NCBI RefSeq assembly: GCF_006345805.1
Contig: NC_043007.1
Coordinates: 8,680,001-8,744,000 of the forward strand
DNA: 64,000 nucleotides
From: Octopus sinensis
Lineage: Eukaryota
Direction: 5' to 3'
Shown here piece after piece: positions 24,150 through 39,147 of this stretch. The position numbers and the translations under genes are program-made. The stretch's first letter is position 1. Each line of letters starts with the position of its first letter. A model generated the notes under the pieces. That model was not told where the DNA came from. It was given only the letters and a program-made list of their open reading frames with translations, and did no database searches.

Positions 24150-25260
24150 AGGGAGACAGGGAGAGAGAGAGAGAGAGAGAGAGAGAAGAGAGAGAATGAC
24201 AGAACGAGACAGGGATAGAGTGAGAGAGAGGTTGAGAGAGACCGGGAGATAGAGAGAGAGATAGTTAGAGAGAGAAAGAGAGATGAAGAAGAGAGACGAA
24301 CGAGGAGAGGGGAGTAGAGTGAGAATAGAGAGACAGTATGAAGAGAAGAAGAGAGAGATAAAGCAGGAGAGAGAAAGGAGAGAAGAAAGAAAGACGAGAA
24401 GAGAGGAAGAAGAGTAGAAGAGAGAGTAGATAACTAGAGAGTAGAGAGAGAGCGTAGAAGCAAGAGAGTTATGAGCAGAGAGAGCGCAAGAATGAGCGAG
24501 TAAGTAGGAGAGAGAGGGAGAGTGAGAAAAAGAAAGAGCGCTAGAGCGAGCGAGTGAGAGAGAGAGTGTGTGTTAGAGCGAGCGAGCAAGAAAGAGAGAG
24601 AGAGAGTGAGAGAAAGGGAGAGAGGGAGTGCGCTAGAGCGAGCGAGTGAGAGAGAGAGAGGAGAGAGAGAGAGAGCGCTTGAGCGAGTGAGCGAGAGAGT
24701 GAGAGAGAGAGAGAGTTAGAAGAAAGCAGAGGGATAGAAAGAGTCAAGAGAGACTGCGGTGAGATATAATGAATGAAAATGAGAGGAAGATCGTAGAGCG
24801 ACAGAGAAAGAGAGACATAGAGAAAGAGAGAGATGAGTGAGAGTCGACAGAGAAAGCATTGAGATAGATAAAAAGACAGATGGAAATAGAGAGAGTAGAG
24901 AGAGTAGACAGAAGAGAGAGGAGAGTGATTGTGTGTGAGTGAGGGAGAGAGAGAGAGACGAGGGAGATTTTGTGTGAGTAAAAGAGAAAGAGAGAGAGAG
25001 GGAGAGGAGGGAGATTTTTTTGTGAGTGAGAGAGAGAGGAGGAGAGGAGAAAGCTTTTGCGTGAGTTTGTGAGAGACAGACAGACAGATGAGAGAGAGAG
25101 AGAAGATTTGTGAGCGTATGTGTGTGAGTGTGTGTGTGTGTGAGTGAGAGAGAGAGTTTGTGAGCGTATGTGTGTGAGTGTGTGTGTGTGAGTGAGAGAG
25201 AGAGAGAGACAGAGAAAGTGTAAGAGAAAAAGACATACAGAGGTGAGACAGAATGTGAGT

Positions 25261-25310
<50 letters not shown>
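24150..25310. repeat. Degenerate (GA)n/(GT)n tract
   Basis: Direct reading. Confidence 0.95.
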
Positions 25311-25314
<4 letters not shown>

Positions 25315-26130
25315 TATAGTAACTTTTGGTGAAAGATAATGACAAATTGTGTAAGAGTGAGAAGTTAAACGAGATTTAAAGAGAGAAAATTTCAAATACG
25401 TGGAAGTGAGACGAGTGGCAAGTGGGAGAAGGAAGGCAGAATGAAGTAAAGAAAGAAGAAGAGAAGAAAGGAAATAAGAAAGCTACAGGGAAAAAAACAC
25501 ATATCGTGGATGTGTGATTAAGAAGCTTGCTTCCCAACGATGCGGTCTTAGGTTCAATCCTACAGCGCGGCATTTTGGTTAGGTGTCTTTTGTAGCCCCG
25601 GGACGTCCAGTGCCTTGTGAGTAGATTTGGTAGACGTGCGTGCGTGTATGCGTGAATATAGATGTATGTAGATATGAATTTGTGTATGCATTTCTGCGTA
25701 AGTGTCTTTGTGTTTGTATTGTGTTTTGTATCCATCACCACCGCTTGACAACCGGTGTTGGCTTGTCTACGTCCCCATCGATTATCAGTTCGGCAATAGC
25801 GACCGATAGAATGGGTGCCAAACGTATAAAACGAAAAAAGTACTGGGTTTCATTCGTTCGAATAAAACCCTTCAAGGTGGTGCCGAAGGCCAATGGCTAA
25901 GGCAAGCTAAAAGATAGAAAGTCAAACCGAAAAGAGAGATACAGAGGTGGGGTGAGGAAGATGGCGCTGCGAGCTGGTTCGCCCTAATTACACCTATTTG
26001 TTAACAACGAGAAATTTCCTTCGTAACAAAATACAGTGAATATCTTTCTTACTGTTTCGAATATGCTTCAAACATATTTGGTAACACGTTGGCATTTATA
26101 ACAACACTGTTTAGCGTTGTCATCCCTATA

Positions 26131-26652
26131 CCGTAAATCCTCGAGTATAATCCGCATTTTTTCCCCAAAATTTAAAGATCAAAATCCCTAGTGCGTACTA
26201 TATACGAGGTTTATTATGAAAAATATTTTCTTAGCAATGTCCGAGTCTCTATTTGCTGTCCGGCAATGTTTATTCAGACGCATTTTGTAATGTCGGGCGC
26301 GAAAATACATTAAGCTAAGTCTGAAAGCAATGAAGTCATAAAAGAATCATCCATAACTTGCAGTAAGCAACATTTATTAAAATAAAAGTGTGCAGAACAC
26401 AGAATAACATGTAACAAAAACAATTTGCATACATATTTACATTCCCATATAACAGTTAAGAACATCACCATTATTGTATTACGCATGCGCGGAAGTGTTT
26501 GTTCGACTAGATGCCGCTGGCTTAATTACGCATGACTCATGTTAGAGAAGGGGTGTGTATTATACACAAGGTATAGGTTTTTCAGACGTACAGCCCCCTA
26601 AAAATTCCCTGCGTATTATACTTAAGGGCGGACTATACTCGAAGATTTACGG
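26131..26652. mobile_element. Non-autonomous pogo/Tc1-mariner-type MITE
   Basis: TIRs ccgtaaatcctcgagtataatccgc and gcggactatactcgaagatttacgg (25 bp, 2 mismatches). TA flanks at 26129-26130 and 26653-26654. No ORF. Confidence 0.85.
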
Positions 26653-27314
26653 TATATATACATTTTTTGGTGTACATAGCGTTGCATTAAATAATGAGCT
26701 AGAAAACATATATAATACATGCACAAACAAACGAGAAACAGACATAGATGGTCGCCAGCTCCTCATTAGTTATCTGGCCAGCAGGTCAAACGTAATTTCG
26801 TGCCTAACGGATAATATTGCATCGCCACTGGAGTTGCCGACAGCTCAAGTCGATGAGAATTGGCGAGCCAAACGACAAGACAGAAAATCTACCAACATAC
26901 AAGAATGCAATTCAGACAGTCGACATACAAAGGTGGAGTAAATGCAATACAAACCAAGACAATTATTGGGTGTCTGAGGCACAGAGAAGGAAACAACGGG
27001 ACTGTGGGGCATATAAGGTTTCAGGGCCAAGCCGGGGACGAAAATATTCAAAGCTGGGAGAGTATCCTAAGGATACACAGCGAATAGTGATTAGAGCGGG
27101 AGACGAGAAAAATGCGACTGCTCGCTAGGTGAGCCGGTTGCGAAAATGAAAAGATGAGACAGGGACAACAGATCACGTGTCAGAAGTAGGAGAGAAGAAT
27201 AAGCAGAAGGCAGAGAGAGAAGACCAAAGAACGTAACAGATAGCATAGAAAGGAGAGAGAGAGAGATACATACACATATATTTATATATACATACATACA
27301 TATATATACATACA

Positions 27315-27348
<34 letters not shown>

Positions 27349-27817
27349 CATATATATATATATGTATATATACACACACACACACACATATGTATGTAAG
27401 TATGTATGTATGTATGTATGTGTGTGTGTACGTGTATATATATATATGTAAATTTTAGGATCTTTGTAAGAAGTGAACAAATAAAGATATGCAATTTTAT
27501 ATATGAATTCTATTAATATTTCCTTATAATTCCTTAGCTTTGAATTTAAATTTGTAATCCTGTGAAATATAAAGAAATGATTATCTCCTTTTGTAATAAC
27601 TCTCCTCAAAAAGAAGGCACGTACCACCCTCCCACCACCTTCACTACCACCACAGGCACACACATTGTCTTAAAATATTCTAGATTACCTCGCTGTACGT
27701 CTTTACCGTGAGGTGGTTCCACCAATCCAACAACTGTTTTGCAGAGTAAATTATTAGGGAATTTCTATCGAAAAATCACGCAGACATATTTCTGAAACTG
27801 CACTCAGCTACATTGAT

Positions 27818-28205
27818 TACTCTTACTCTTTTTACTCTTTTACTTGTTTCAGTCATTTTACTGTGGCCATGCTGGAACACCGTCTTTAGTCGAGAAAATC
27901 GACCCCGGGACTTATTCTTTGTAAGCCTAGTACTTTTGCCGAACCGCTAAGTTACGGGGACGTAAACACAACCAGCATCGGTTGTCAATTGATGTTGGGG
28001 GGACAAACACAGACACACAAACATATACACACACATACATACATCTATATATATATATATAGATAGATATATATACGACGGGTTTCTTTCAGTTTCCGTC
28101 TACCAAATCCACTCACAAGGCTTGCCCAAAGTGCCACGCAGTGGGACTGAACCCGGAACCATGTGGTTGGTAAGCAAGCTACTTACCACACAGCTACTCC
28201 TACGC
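27818..28205 (-). mobile_element. SINE family A copy
   Basis: Near-complete reverse complement of 5627-6058 with an internal deletion. Confidence 0.88.
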
Positions 28206-28994
28206 CCAGGATTGTATATTGTTTATAGATTTGTAATGCTGCGTTACACACATAATTATAACTGATTCTAGTAGACAGTATCGAGCATATATATTAACGA
28301 TCCTGAATAGGATCTGGAGTGAGTTGTCTCGCCTGTCCATTACTCTCAGATGTTTTAACACTTAACGCTTTGAGAGAGTAATCTGCACCACGCCATCTCT
28401 GGGCCTACCGGTAAATGCACAATACATATATGTTAAGTATATGTGGTCGATAATTCTTATTACACTAGCGCTGCTTCTATTTATTAATTGAATTTAACCC
28501 TAGCAGAATTGTTGTTGAAGATTTAGTGGTAGCTGTGTGATGCAGAAAATAAATTACTACTCACTGTAAGAAATGTCCTACTAGTATGTGTGAATACATT
28601 TAAGCTACAGGGTGGGATATACCAGATAATTCTTCTACTTTTTCGCTTGCTATTATTTAATGCAAGACGGTGAGCTGGCAGAATAGCTCGCACATAGGAC
28701 AAAAAACTTAGTAACATTTCTTCCTACTCTACGTGCTGTGCTGAAATCGTACCGGGTAAAATCTGCAGTTTTTCCTTTCGGGGTCGATTAAATGGGGCAC
28801 CAGTCAAGTACTAGTATCGATGTAATCGACTAACCAACTCCACTGACCTTCAGGCCTTGTACCTATAGTACAAACAATTATTTGTAGTGGGTCGTTTTAT
28901 GCATTTAACATTGATATTAAAACCATCTCTCGCTAGTACTCAGATGTAGTATGGGGCAAGAGTGTTAAGTATTTCTCCACCTGATGATAAAATA

Positions 28995-29247
28995 AATAAA
29001 TGCGCCCTTTTTAAAGCCTAGCCAGGCTCATGGGCCCGGTTTCCCGGTTTCTATGAGCTATGTGTTCCCCAGCTGGACGGGTCGCCAGTCCATCGCAGCG
29101 TTACTCATTTTTGCCAGCTGAGTGGACTGGAGCAATGTGAAATGAAGTGTTTTGCTCAAGAACACAACGCGTCGCCCGGTCCAAGAATCGAAACCACAAT
29201 CTTACGATCATGATTCTGACACCCTAACCACTAGGCCACGTGCCTCC
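28995..29247 (-). mobile_element. tRNA-derived CORE-like SINE (distinct family)
   Basis: Minus-strand head ggaggcacgtggcctagtggttaggg, B-box-like ggtttcgattc and CORE-like gttcttgagcaa. Confidence 0.7.
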
Positions 29248-29764
29248 ACAAGTTAGATATATGTCTGCTAAAATTATTTGTAAAACTTGTATGAAGATGA
29301 CCGTATAGTCGGTTCTCTTATTTAGCTATATTTGTTATTCGTTGTGAATTCGGTTTCAGAGAGGGTTTTAAGAAGCAGGTAGAGAAATCTACATCACAGC
29401 AAGAAACTCAAAAGAGGGCTGCCATATCAGACTCCCTTATTCATCAAAACTAAACGACAAGGAATGGCCGTTAAAAATGTAATAATACTTGCGGCGGCCC
29501 AACATCGCAATACGCTTCGGGTTGAAACGTATAAAAGAATATATTTACATGTTATTATGTTACATTGCGGTTAGTTGGCCGTCCTTACTTTCTAAGATTG
29601 TGATTGTAGCCGACTTTATCATTCGTCATTTAGGGATCGATAGAATACGTATCAGTCAAGCACTAGGGTCTGTGTAATCGATTTATTCCCTCTCCCAAAA
29701 TTTCGGACCTTGTGTTTATAGTAGAACGGATATATTATATGATATGATATTATATTACATTATA

Positions 29765-30330
29765 TTGGGTTGTCCGGAAAGTTCCTGCCGACTTTTAACG
29801 GAAAGAAAAAGGTCAATAAGTACTTGCCATTACATTTTTAATCAACCAAATATGAACCATTTTGTTGCACAATGCGTCTCCATCTTACCTTTAACTTGAA
29901 AATACCCTCTTCCCAGAAATGAGCGGATTTCATGGCAAAGAATTCATCAGGGTATCTTTTTACGTCAGCTAAATAATTGAAATTTTTATCTTTAAGACTA
30001 TTCTGCAGAGACCTGAATAAGTGGAAATCCGAAGGAGAAATATCTGGTGAATATGGAGGGTGGAGTAACACATCCCAGCCGAGCTGCAGCAATTTTTGTC
30101 TGGTTCCCAAAGCATCAAGTGCCGAAAATGAACTTTCTTATCTTCCATTTCAAAGGGTTACCAAATTAACACAGGTCATAGAAACATAAGCCTTCTTCCA
30201 CGAAATGATAGCTTAAACTTTGTTCTAAATGGAGGTGTAGTCAAATCCTATTTTATGGACTCAACCATGTTCTAAAATAAGCCGAAAGGTAAGTTACTAT
30301 AAATCGGCATGAACTTTCCGGACAACCCAA
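29765..30330 (-). mobile_element. Internally deleted mariner element with both TIRs intact
   Basis: 27-bp TIRs ttgggttgtccggaaagttc(c/a)tgccga (1 mismatch). TA TSD at 29763-29764 and 30331-30332. ORF 29838-30110 encodes WDVLLHPPYSPDISPSDFHLFRSL (mariner C-terminus). Confidence 0.93.
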
Positions 30331-30806
30331 TATTATATTATATTATATTATATTATATTATATTATATTATTATATCATAATATATTATAATTCTGTATG
30401 TATTGGTATAGCAGCTTTTCTAATAGCTGTTGAAGCGACTTCATTTGTTAGTGATTTCCTCCAGTGTTCCCTTAGTGTTAAGTTTTCGACGAATGAGCTC
30501 TTACGCTTTTTTCTTTCATAAATAGCTAAGCTCGGGTTCCTTATATAAGTGTGTGTGTGTGTATGTGTGTGTTTGTGCTTGAGTGTTTCCGTGTGTGTGT
30601 TTTTGTGTATATACAAACACAAGCGTAAATGAACACACACATTTTTCAACGTATTATATATAAATGTAAGTATATATATTTTATGCGCCTCCCTGTCTGT
30701 CTCTGCTTGCCTCTATATATTTATGTATATAGTGCATGAATGTGTGTATGTGCGTATATATGTGTTTATGTGTGTATATTTGAATGTGTACATGTCTATA
30801 AATGTA

Positions 30807-30851
<45 letters not shown>

Positions 30852-30945
30852 ACATGCAAACATACACACACATACACACGTATAAATTCATACATGCACA
30901 CACACCCAAACATACACAAAGACACAAACAGATTAAGAAATCTAT

Positions 30946-31297
30946 ATATGTAATTCTGTTAATAGTGAGAGAGAAAGAGACAGAGAGAGAGAGAGACAGA
31001 CAGAGAGAGACAGAGAGAGCATTATAGGAATGTAATAAAATCTAAGAAGCATTTCACAATAGCAAACAAGAGAGAATCTATCTGTTTAGAGGAGATGATG
31101 GGATATTATTTAATAACTGGAAGGAATTTATTTGGTACGAAAAAATATAGCGAATTCATTTGCTTTCATTATAAACATGATTACACACTGATGGAGATAT
31201 TCTTATTGTATTCTATTTGTGTTGATGTCGTTATTAATAACATTACTATCTACTTGCTTTTTATTTTCACTCTCCCTGACGAATCCGATTCTCCCCT
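30946..31297 (+). repeat. Direct repeat of ~35232-35538 with a ~220-bp identical core
   Basis: 31021-31240 matches 35264-35483 with no mismatch seen by eye. The flanks are homologous but diverged. Confidence 0.92.
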
Positions 31298-31352
31298 CTT
31301 GTTTGCCTAATACCAATTTGTACATATACATACATACTAGTATATATATATA

Positions 31353-31399
<47 letters not shown>

Positions 31400-32822
31400 A
31401 TCTATACACTATAAACACACACGTAAATATGTATGTATATATATATAATGTATGTATATATGTATATTTATTATAGTGGTACATCGGAACAAATATGGAA
31501 GTTGTGGTTATAACATTTGCAATATAATCGACCTTATTACTGTAGTCACTCGATGGTGTCTTAGTTTTCAAACAGTCGTATTCAAGGAAGGTTATGATTT
31601 TCTGTATTATAACAATATAATAGAAAGTGGTAAAAATTTCCCTAAGTGCTAAAATATATATTTGATACTCCAATCTCATTTTCCCTACTGAAATCTCTAC
31701 CAGTAAGACATGGAATAGCACAATAAGGCCAGATAGAAAATTATATATATTCCATCAAATATGCCTCCAGAGAGATCCTAGGGGGTCAATTGGTGGGGCC
31801 GTGTCACAGATAAGGAGATTCTGATTTGAGCATGGTGACTACCACAAGATTTTGTAGCAGAGTTTTGCTATTGCCTGCCTAACCACTTTCTGTCTGGCAC
31901 AATGGTTTTGAACCGGGGTCAATATGGCTATCAAGGGGTCTATATAAGATTGCGTTGTTAATAATTATGTACAATAAATTGCTTGTATTTCTACAATGCA
32001 CAAAATATTTTAATTTTTTATACAATTCCAAATCAGATTTAATTATAGAAATACAGAAGGACTTTTTAATATAGAGTGAATAGCTGTGAACGTCCAGTAG
32101 AGTAAAGTAGGAATCAAAGGGCTACATAGACAACACCTAGTCTAGCCGATTAATAGTACTCGAAAACAGTCATGACTTGACACCTCATGCTTTCAGCTGC
32201 GCTGAAACACCTGAAACTGAAAGGACAAGAGAAAACCTCCACGGAATGCTCCGCTAGAAACGTTAAAATTCAAACACGTATTTTCTCTTTATGGACGCAG
32301 TTATTACAAGGGAGATGATAATTTCTTTATACTATTTGGTAGGATTATAAATTTGAAATTAAAAGTAAGGAATTATATGGAAAAAGTTGCAAACGATTTA
32401 CATATTTAATGTTTTATTCTCTTTACATTTTATTTCAATGACTTTGTTACTCAGTTCATTGACTTCACTCAGCTTAAAATCCAGTGAATCGAAAGGTAAT
32501 GTTGAAAGAGAACGAAACTGATCTTACAGCGTAGTGTTACGAAGTTAAGTAATTCTAAGGGTAATAATTTGTAATGTACTAGTGCTTCAACAGTTCATTT
32601 TGCACATATACGTACATGTGCGATCAGAAACACACACATACACATAAACTCACTCTCATCCAGCTATACACACCTACGAACATAAGTACACGCACACACA
32701 GATACGATAGCATTTTTATACCATAGTTACAAAGAGTTGAGTCTAAACATCATTATGCAAACGAATACTTTGTAGAGACGCCCCTCGTTCACATACACAC
32801 GTACTCATAACAATATTATATA

Positions 32823-32889
<67 letters not shown>

Positions 32890-33254
32890 TATATAGGTGC
32901 AAGCAAATTGTATGGTTAAGAAGCACGCTTTTTGGCAAACATATAGTTTCGGGTTCAGTTTCACACCACGGAACCTTAGGAGTCCGTTATTATATATTAT
33001 ATCTATATATATATATATTATATATATATATAATATATATATATATATATTAATATATATATACATATATTATTCAAAGGAATTCCAACTCTGTCTGTGT
33101 TTTATGTTTTATTTATATTCTTTATTATATTAATGTAGAATATAAAATATATAGTATCAATAGTATATATAGTAAAATGAAATGAAGTATTGATTGTCTT
33201 ATTGAAGATGAAATATTAAATATCAAATATTAAGTAAAGAGTATATATACATAT

Positions 33255-33653
33255 ACTCTTTACTCTTGTACATGCTTCAGTCACTTGACTCTGGCCATGC
33301 TGGAGTTCCGCCTTTAGTCGAGGAAATCGACCCCAAGACTTATTCATTGTAGGCCTAATACTTATTCTATCGGTGTTTTTTACCGAACTGCTAAGTGACG
33401 GGGACGTAGACACACCACCATCGGTTGTCAAGCGATGTTGCGGGGACAAACACAGACACACAAACATATACACACACGTGAACAGGCCGCGGATTTTAGC
33501 GACGAAAATATTTTGACAAATTAAACTTAAATGTTGAAGTGAATCAACTTTTGTGTGTTCTTAAATGGCTTACAAACACCTTCCACGCTGCAATTGTTTT
33601 CGTTCCAGCACACGATCTCAGATCCAATCACTTGCTATGCGAGTAAATCTCCG

Positions 33654-33728
<75 letters not shown>

Positions 33729-33999
33729 ATATATATGTATGTATGTATATATATATATATGTATGTATGTATATATATAATAGTATGTATATATATATAT
33801 ATATATATAATATATATATGTATGTACATATATATACCACGGCCTTCTTTCAGTTTCCGTCTACCAATTCCACTCACAAGGCTTTGGTCGGCCCGAGGTT
33901 ATAGCATAAGACACCTGCCCAAGGTACCACGGAGTGGAACTGAACCTGGAACCATGTGGTTGGTAATCAAGCTACTTACCACACAGCCACTCCTACGCC
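33255..33999 (-). mobile_element. SINE family A copy split by an unrelated insert (~33478-33650) and microsatellite
   Basis: Tail motifs at 33255-33478 and head motifs at 33838-33999. Confidence 0.75.
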
Positions 34000-35231
34000 T
34001 GTTTCCTGTGTTGGTTTGTTACCTTCCTGTAATTTACTGTACGACAAGAGAGACCAATAGAATACGTATACATGCCCGATTTAAGAATGAATACTAGTGT
34101 CAATTTGTTCGACCCACCAGTTGAAGACGGTATGCCATCATGTCTGCAATCCAACACCGAAACAAGTAAGTGATAACAGATAAAGATACACATAGAAACG
34201 TACATACTTGTACACACATGCAAAGACACACACACAGACACGTACACACGCGCACATACGCACACACATACACACGTGCACACATACACACATGCGCTCA
34301 CACACATAGAAATATAGTATAGGACAACCAGCGGTGTTTGTGTACGGACTCGTGATGTGTTTTTAGTGGTTGAATGTAAGTAAGAAGATGTTACCACTAA
34401 TTTTCGTGTGAAGAATGCAATTAGGAAATGAGATATCATTTAACATTGACATATTTTTTTATTGTTGTGATTGAAAGCAATGTCCTGCAGTGCCTCAGTC
34501 AAAATATATACAATACTCACGTGGGGAGTTCATAGAAATTACTGGAGTTAATTAATACAACTTTTAGCAAAGCATTTTGTAAAGAGCGAGTATATTTTGC
34601 GGAACATGTGGTCAGAGAAAAATAGCAGTAGTCGGGACATTTCGGTGTAGTTCTTGCATGCTGTTCTAGCGTAGGTAAAGCGAGAAAGAGAGAGAGAGAG
34701 AGGGATAGAGAGAGAGGGAGAGAGAGAGAGGGAGAGAGAGTGAGAGAGGGAGAGAAAGAGGGAGAGGGAGAGGCTGTCTTTGTACTTTGATTGCGTTTTC
34801 AAACATTCAGTTAGTACTTTCGGACAAGTTTCTTATTCAATGCTTAGTCTAGTATCCTTCATTATTTTAAATGTTTTGAATCTAAAAAAATAAGAAGAAA
34901 TGGATATTAAGTTATCAACTGTGAAAACGTGTATACAATTTTTGAGACACACTGTACCCCCCCCCCCCCACACACACATGCACACACACAGTCGCACATA
35001 GACACACACAGGCACATGCACACATACACGCACACGCACACATACACACACCGGCATACACTTCTATATATTCATATGTAGACATGAATATGACTATAGC
35101 ACGTTCATATTCATACATCCCGCATATATACTTACATATACAAACATACAGACACAGGCACTACACACACACACTCACACGCACACGCATACACACACAC
35201 AGACACACACACACACACACACTCACACACA

Positions 35232-35538
35232 TATGTAATTTTGTTAATAGAGAGAAAGAGCGTATTATAGGAATGTAATAAAATCTAAGAAGCATTTCAC
35301 AATAGCAAACAAGAGAGAATCTATCTGTTTAGAGGAGATGATGGGATATTATTTAATAACTGGAAGGAATTTATTTGGTACGAAAAAATATAGCGAATTC
35401 ATTTGCTTTCATTATAAACATGATTACACACTGATGGAGATATTCTTATTGTATTCTATTTGTGTTGATGTCGTTATTAATAACTCCACTATCTACTTAT
35501 TTTTATTTTCGCTCTCCTACCGCATCCGATTCTCCTCC
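35232..35538 (+). repeat. Second copy of the 30946-31297 segment
   Basis: See 30946-31297. Confidence 0.92.
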
Positions 35539-36549
35539 TTCTTTTCCTAATAATAATGTATTACAGAGGCACAACGCAAATATATGGAAGATATGAGTTT
35601 AAGAGCCGCAGTTAAATCGACCCTATTACTGCAATAACTTGACTATTCCTTAGTTTGTAAAACAGTCAAATTGAAGGATGATCTGCGTTAGCACCGTTGT
35701 AGAAATGGTATAAATATTGTAATAAACCTGATACCTCGAAAAAGATAAAGGACGCCAATGATGTATTCTGTTAAAATATTTAACTTACTCACGACATTGT
35801 TTTATTTTAATTTTATCGAGCCTCCTATTGTGCCAAAACTCAAATTGAAACCGGTCGGGATTTGAATAGTCATCTAATACTATAATAAAGAAAAACTGCT
35901 GATTTGTTAATTTGAGTATGTAACTTTTACTAGTGAAAAAGCTATTATTAAAATCTACACTGTATAGAAATTTCCCAGAATTTCTAATTTTGATATATTT
36001 TTATCAAAATGTGGTTTTTTAGTTTTGAAAATTTCAACTATAAAAACTAATTTAAATTCGCTGCAAGATAACTACCCGATAGCATTCTCACTTTCTCTCT
36101 TCTTTCGTGCATATCATGATGTTACTAACTACAGACATATCAAAAGAAAAAAGCTTTTCTCCAAATCTTGTTTTAGCTAGCATCAGCCATGTTATGTTGA
36201 TTCCAGGATCCTTCTCATATTTCTTGGTAGTTTTTGAAGAAATAAAAAGCTGAAAAAGTGCAGTAGCTTTAATTTACTTACGTCAGTTTTACCAAATATA
36301 ATCTTGTCTCATTTTCTGTTAATTAAAGTATTTGATTGTTGTGTACAATGCTTTTAAAAATACTAATCATGATACTAGTACAATTCACGATAAAAACTAC
36401 AAATGGAATCTGTTATATATTTCCGATTATCAATTTGCTTACTCGGTTCCTTCTTGTTTCTGGAGTTCATATGATGGACGGGAATAAAAGAAAAGGACAT
36501 TTCTTGTCTCTGTATATCTGTAATTGTGTGTTCATATAGTTTATTAATG

Positions 36550-36934
36550 TGGAAACACTCCGTCGGTTACGACGATGAGGGTTCCGGTTGATCCGAATCA
36601 ACGGAACAGCCTGCTCGTGAAATTAACGTGTAAGTGGCTGAGCACTCCACAGACACGTGCATCCTTAACGTAGTTCTCGGGGATATTCAGCGTGACACAG
36701 AGAGTGTCAAGGCCGGCCTCTTGAAATACAGGTACAACAGAAACAGGAAGTAAGAGTGAGAGAAAGTTGTGGTGAAAGAGTACAGCAGGGATTACCACCA
36801 TCCCCTGCCGAAGCCTCGTGGAGCTTTAGGTGTTTTCGCTCAATAAACACTCACAACGCCCGGTCTGGGAATCGAAATCGCGATCCTATGACCGCGAGTC
36901 CGCTGCCCTAACCGCTGAGCCATTGCGCCTCCAC
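36550..36934 (-). mobile_element. Full-length SINE family B copy
   Basis: Reverse complement of 19962-20341. 13-bp TSD tagtttattaatg at 36537-36549 and 36935-36947. Confidence 0.9.
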
Positions 36935-37818
36935 TAGTTTATTAATGCTAAAATTCACAAAAATACGTACGTACATACATACTCATACACGCACACATAT
37001 ATAAATGTAGTGTAATATATGGATTCATAGAATCGTGTGACTATCACAAAATGTTCCTTTAGGTTTCTATGCTTGCAGATAAAATAGTTATCCAGTACAG
37101 AGAAACACAAGGGAGAGCACCATGCAGCTGAATCCCAGAAGATCAAATCGAGGAAATTATTCCATGGGGAGTATATAAAGCATGACATGTTAGAGGTATG
37201 AGAAGTGAATATATTTATTTAACCACTTGTCATCCTTAGGCTTACGGCCGCTTTACAAGTTTTCTTCGTTAATAATAATTTCAGAGCATAATAAGTTACA
37301 TTTAGATGTCGGCACTACTATGAAGATAAAATCGGACAATACAATTGTATATTCACAAATCAATGAACATAAAAAAAGTTAGCTCATCAGATCATCAGGA
37401 CATCAAGGTTATACAATGATACAGCTTATCTTAAGGATGACAACCTCTTAAATAAATATATTCAACTCTCATAGCTGCTGGTGTTACGTTCTTGAGCAAG
37501 ATACTTTTATTTCACGTTGCTCCAGTTCACTCAGCTGTAGAAATGAGTTGCGACGTCTCTGGTGCCAATCTATTCCGATCTTTACTTTTCCCTTGGATAA
37601 CATCAGTGACATGGAGAGAGGAGGATGGTATGCATAAATGATCGCAGGTCTCCCATAAACAACGTTGCCCGGACTTGTGCCTCAGAGCAGGTCATTATTG
37701 TTTATATATAATATGGGTGGCTAATTCGCAATTTTACAACATAAAGGGAGAAATATACGTCACTAAAATGACAAAGGGCGCTAATCAGCACCAGTATTGA
37801 TACACACACACACATATA

Positions 37819-38219
37819 TCTTTATATATAAAAGTCAAGTTGTGTGTCTCTCTCCTACGATTTAGATTCCTAACTACTCCCACATTTTGCGGTGCAGTGT
37901 AACCAAAAGCGGGTATCTTATAGTCGTGATTCATATCAAGCCCTTCTGGGTGTTAGCGGGCGTCTACGATGAGTCTACAATTTTAAAAATAATTTACCAT
38001 CATTTTTTTCCATTTTAATGCATTTTTTCGCTATTATATAAGGGAAGTAACTCTCTAAAAATGTCTACGTTGAGTCAACGATTTAAAAATAAAATTACCA
38101 TAATTTTTTTCCCATTTTTAATGCATATTTTTTTTGCTATTTTTTGGCTATAACTCTCTAAAAATGCTTATATAGTTATTTCCCTTACAAATCCGAGCAA
38201 CGCCGGCCGATACTGCTAG
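37819..38219 (+). mobile_element. Non-autonomous Helitron
   Basis: 5' TC(TTTATATATAAAA) and 3' GC-rich gagcaacgccggccgatactg-CTAG termini. Inserted between A and T with no TSD. Internal ~100-bp duplication. Confidence 0.65.
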
Positions 38220-38279
<60 letters not shown>

Positions 38280-38499
38280 TGCATATATACACACATATGT
38301 ACATACATATACAGATATGCATATATGGGTGCAGGACGTCAAATAACGTACCCAGCAGGAAATACGAAGATAAAGATGGGTATGCAAAGAACGAGAAAGA
38401 CAAATGGAAAACAAGACAAGTAACATTAAAAAAAAACGACCCTTCATCAGTTGTCGGTTGTCCTTCTACTCCCTATTTCGAGCAATGAACGATATATAT

Positions 38500-38917
38500 G
38501 GCTGTGTGGTAAGTAGCTTGCTAACCAACCACATGGTTCCGGGTTCAGTCCCACTGCGTGGTATCTTGGGCAAGTGTCTTCTGCTATAGCCCCGGGCCCC
38601 CGACAATGCCTTGTGAGTGGATTTGGTTAGACGGAAACTGAAAGAAGCCTGTCGTATATATGTGTATATATATATGTATGTGTGTGGTGTGTGTGTGTGT
38701 TTGTGTGTCTGTGTTTGTCCCCCTAGCATTGCTTGACAACCGATGCTGGTTGTGTTTACGTCCCCGTCACTTAGCGGTTCGGCAAAAGAGACCGATTGAA
38801 TAAGTACTGGGCTTACAAAGAATAAGTCCTGGGGTCGATTTTCTCGACTAAAGGCGGTGCTCCAGCATGGCCGCAGTCAAATGACTGAAACAAGTAAAAG
38901 AATAAAAGAGTAAAGAG
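38500..38917 (+). mobile_element. SINE family A copy
   Basis: Closely similar to 5627-6058. Confidence 0.9.
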
Positions 38918-39066
38918 TATATATCGACAGAAAAATAATATAGAGGAAATAATAAGTTATGCAATCTCGTGTTCGATATGATTCACTAGGTGTGCATTCC
39001 CGTTCATTGTCATAGTAAATTTCGTATTCTTTTGATGTATGTATATATATATATATATATATATAT

Positions 39067-39131
<65 letters not shown>

Positions 39132-39147
39132 GATAGATAGATAGATA

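Noticed and set aside
25958-25966. YY1-like AAGATGGCG motif (similar AAAATGGCG near 52777)
   Set aside because: Single 9-mers with no supporting promoter context.
28338-28382. Imperfect hairpin attactctc...gagagtaat as a miRNA precursor
   Set aside because: Only a 9-bp outer stem with a poorly paired interior, too short for a pre-miRNA.
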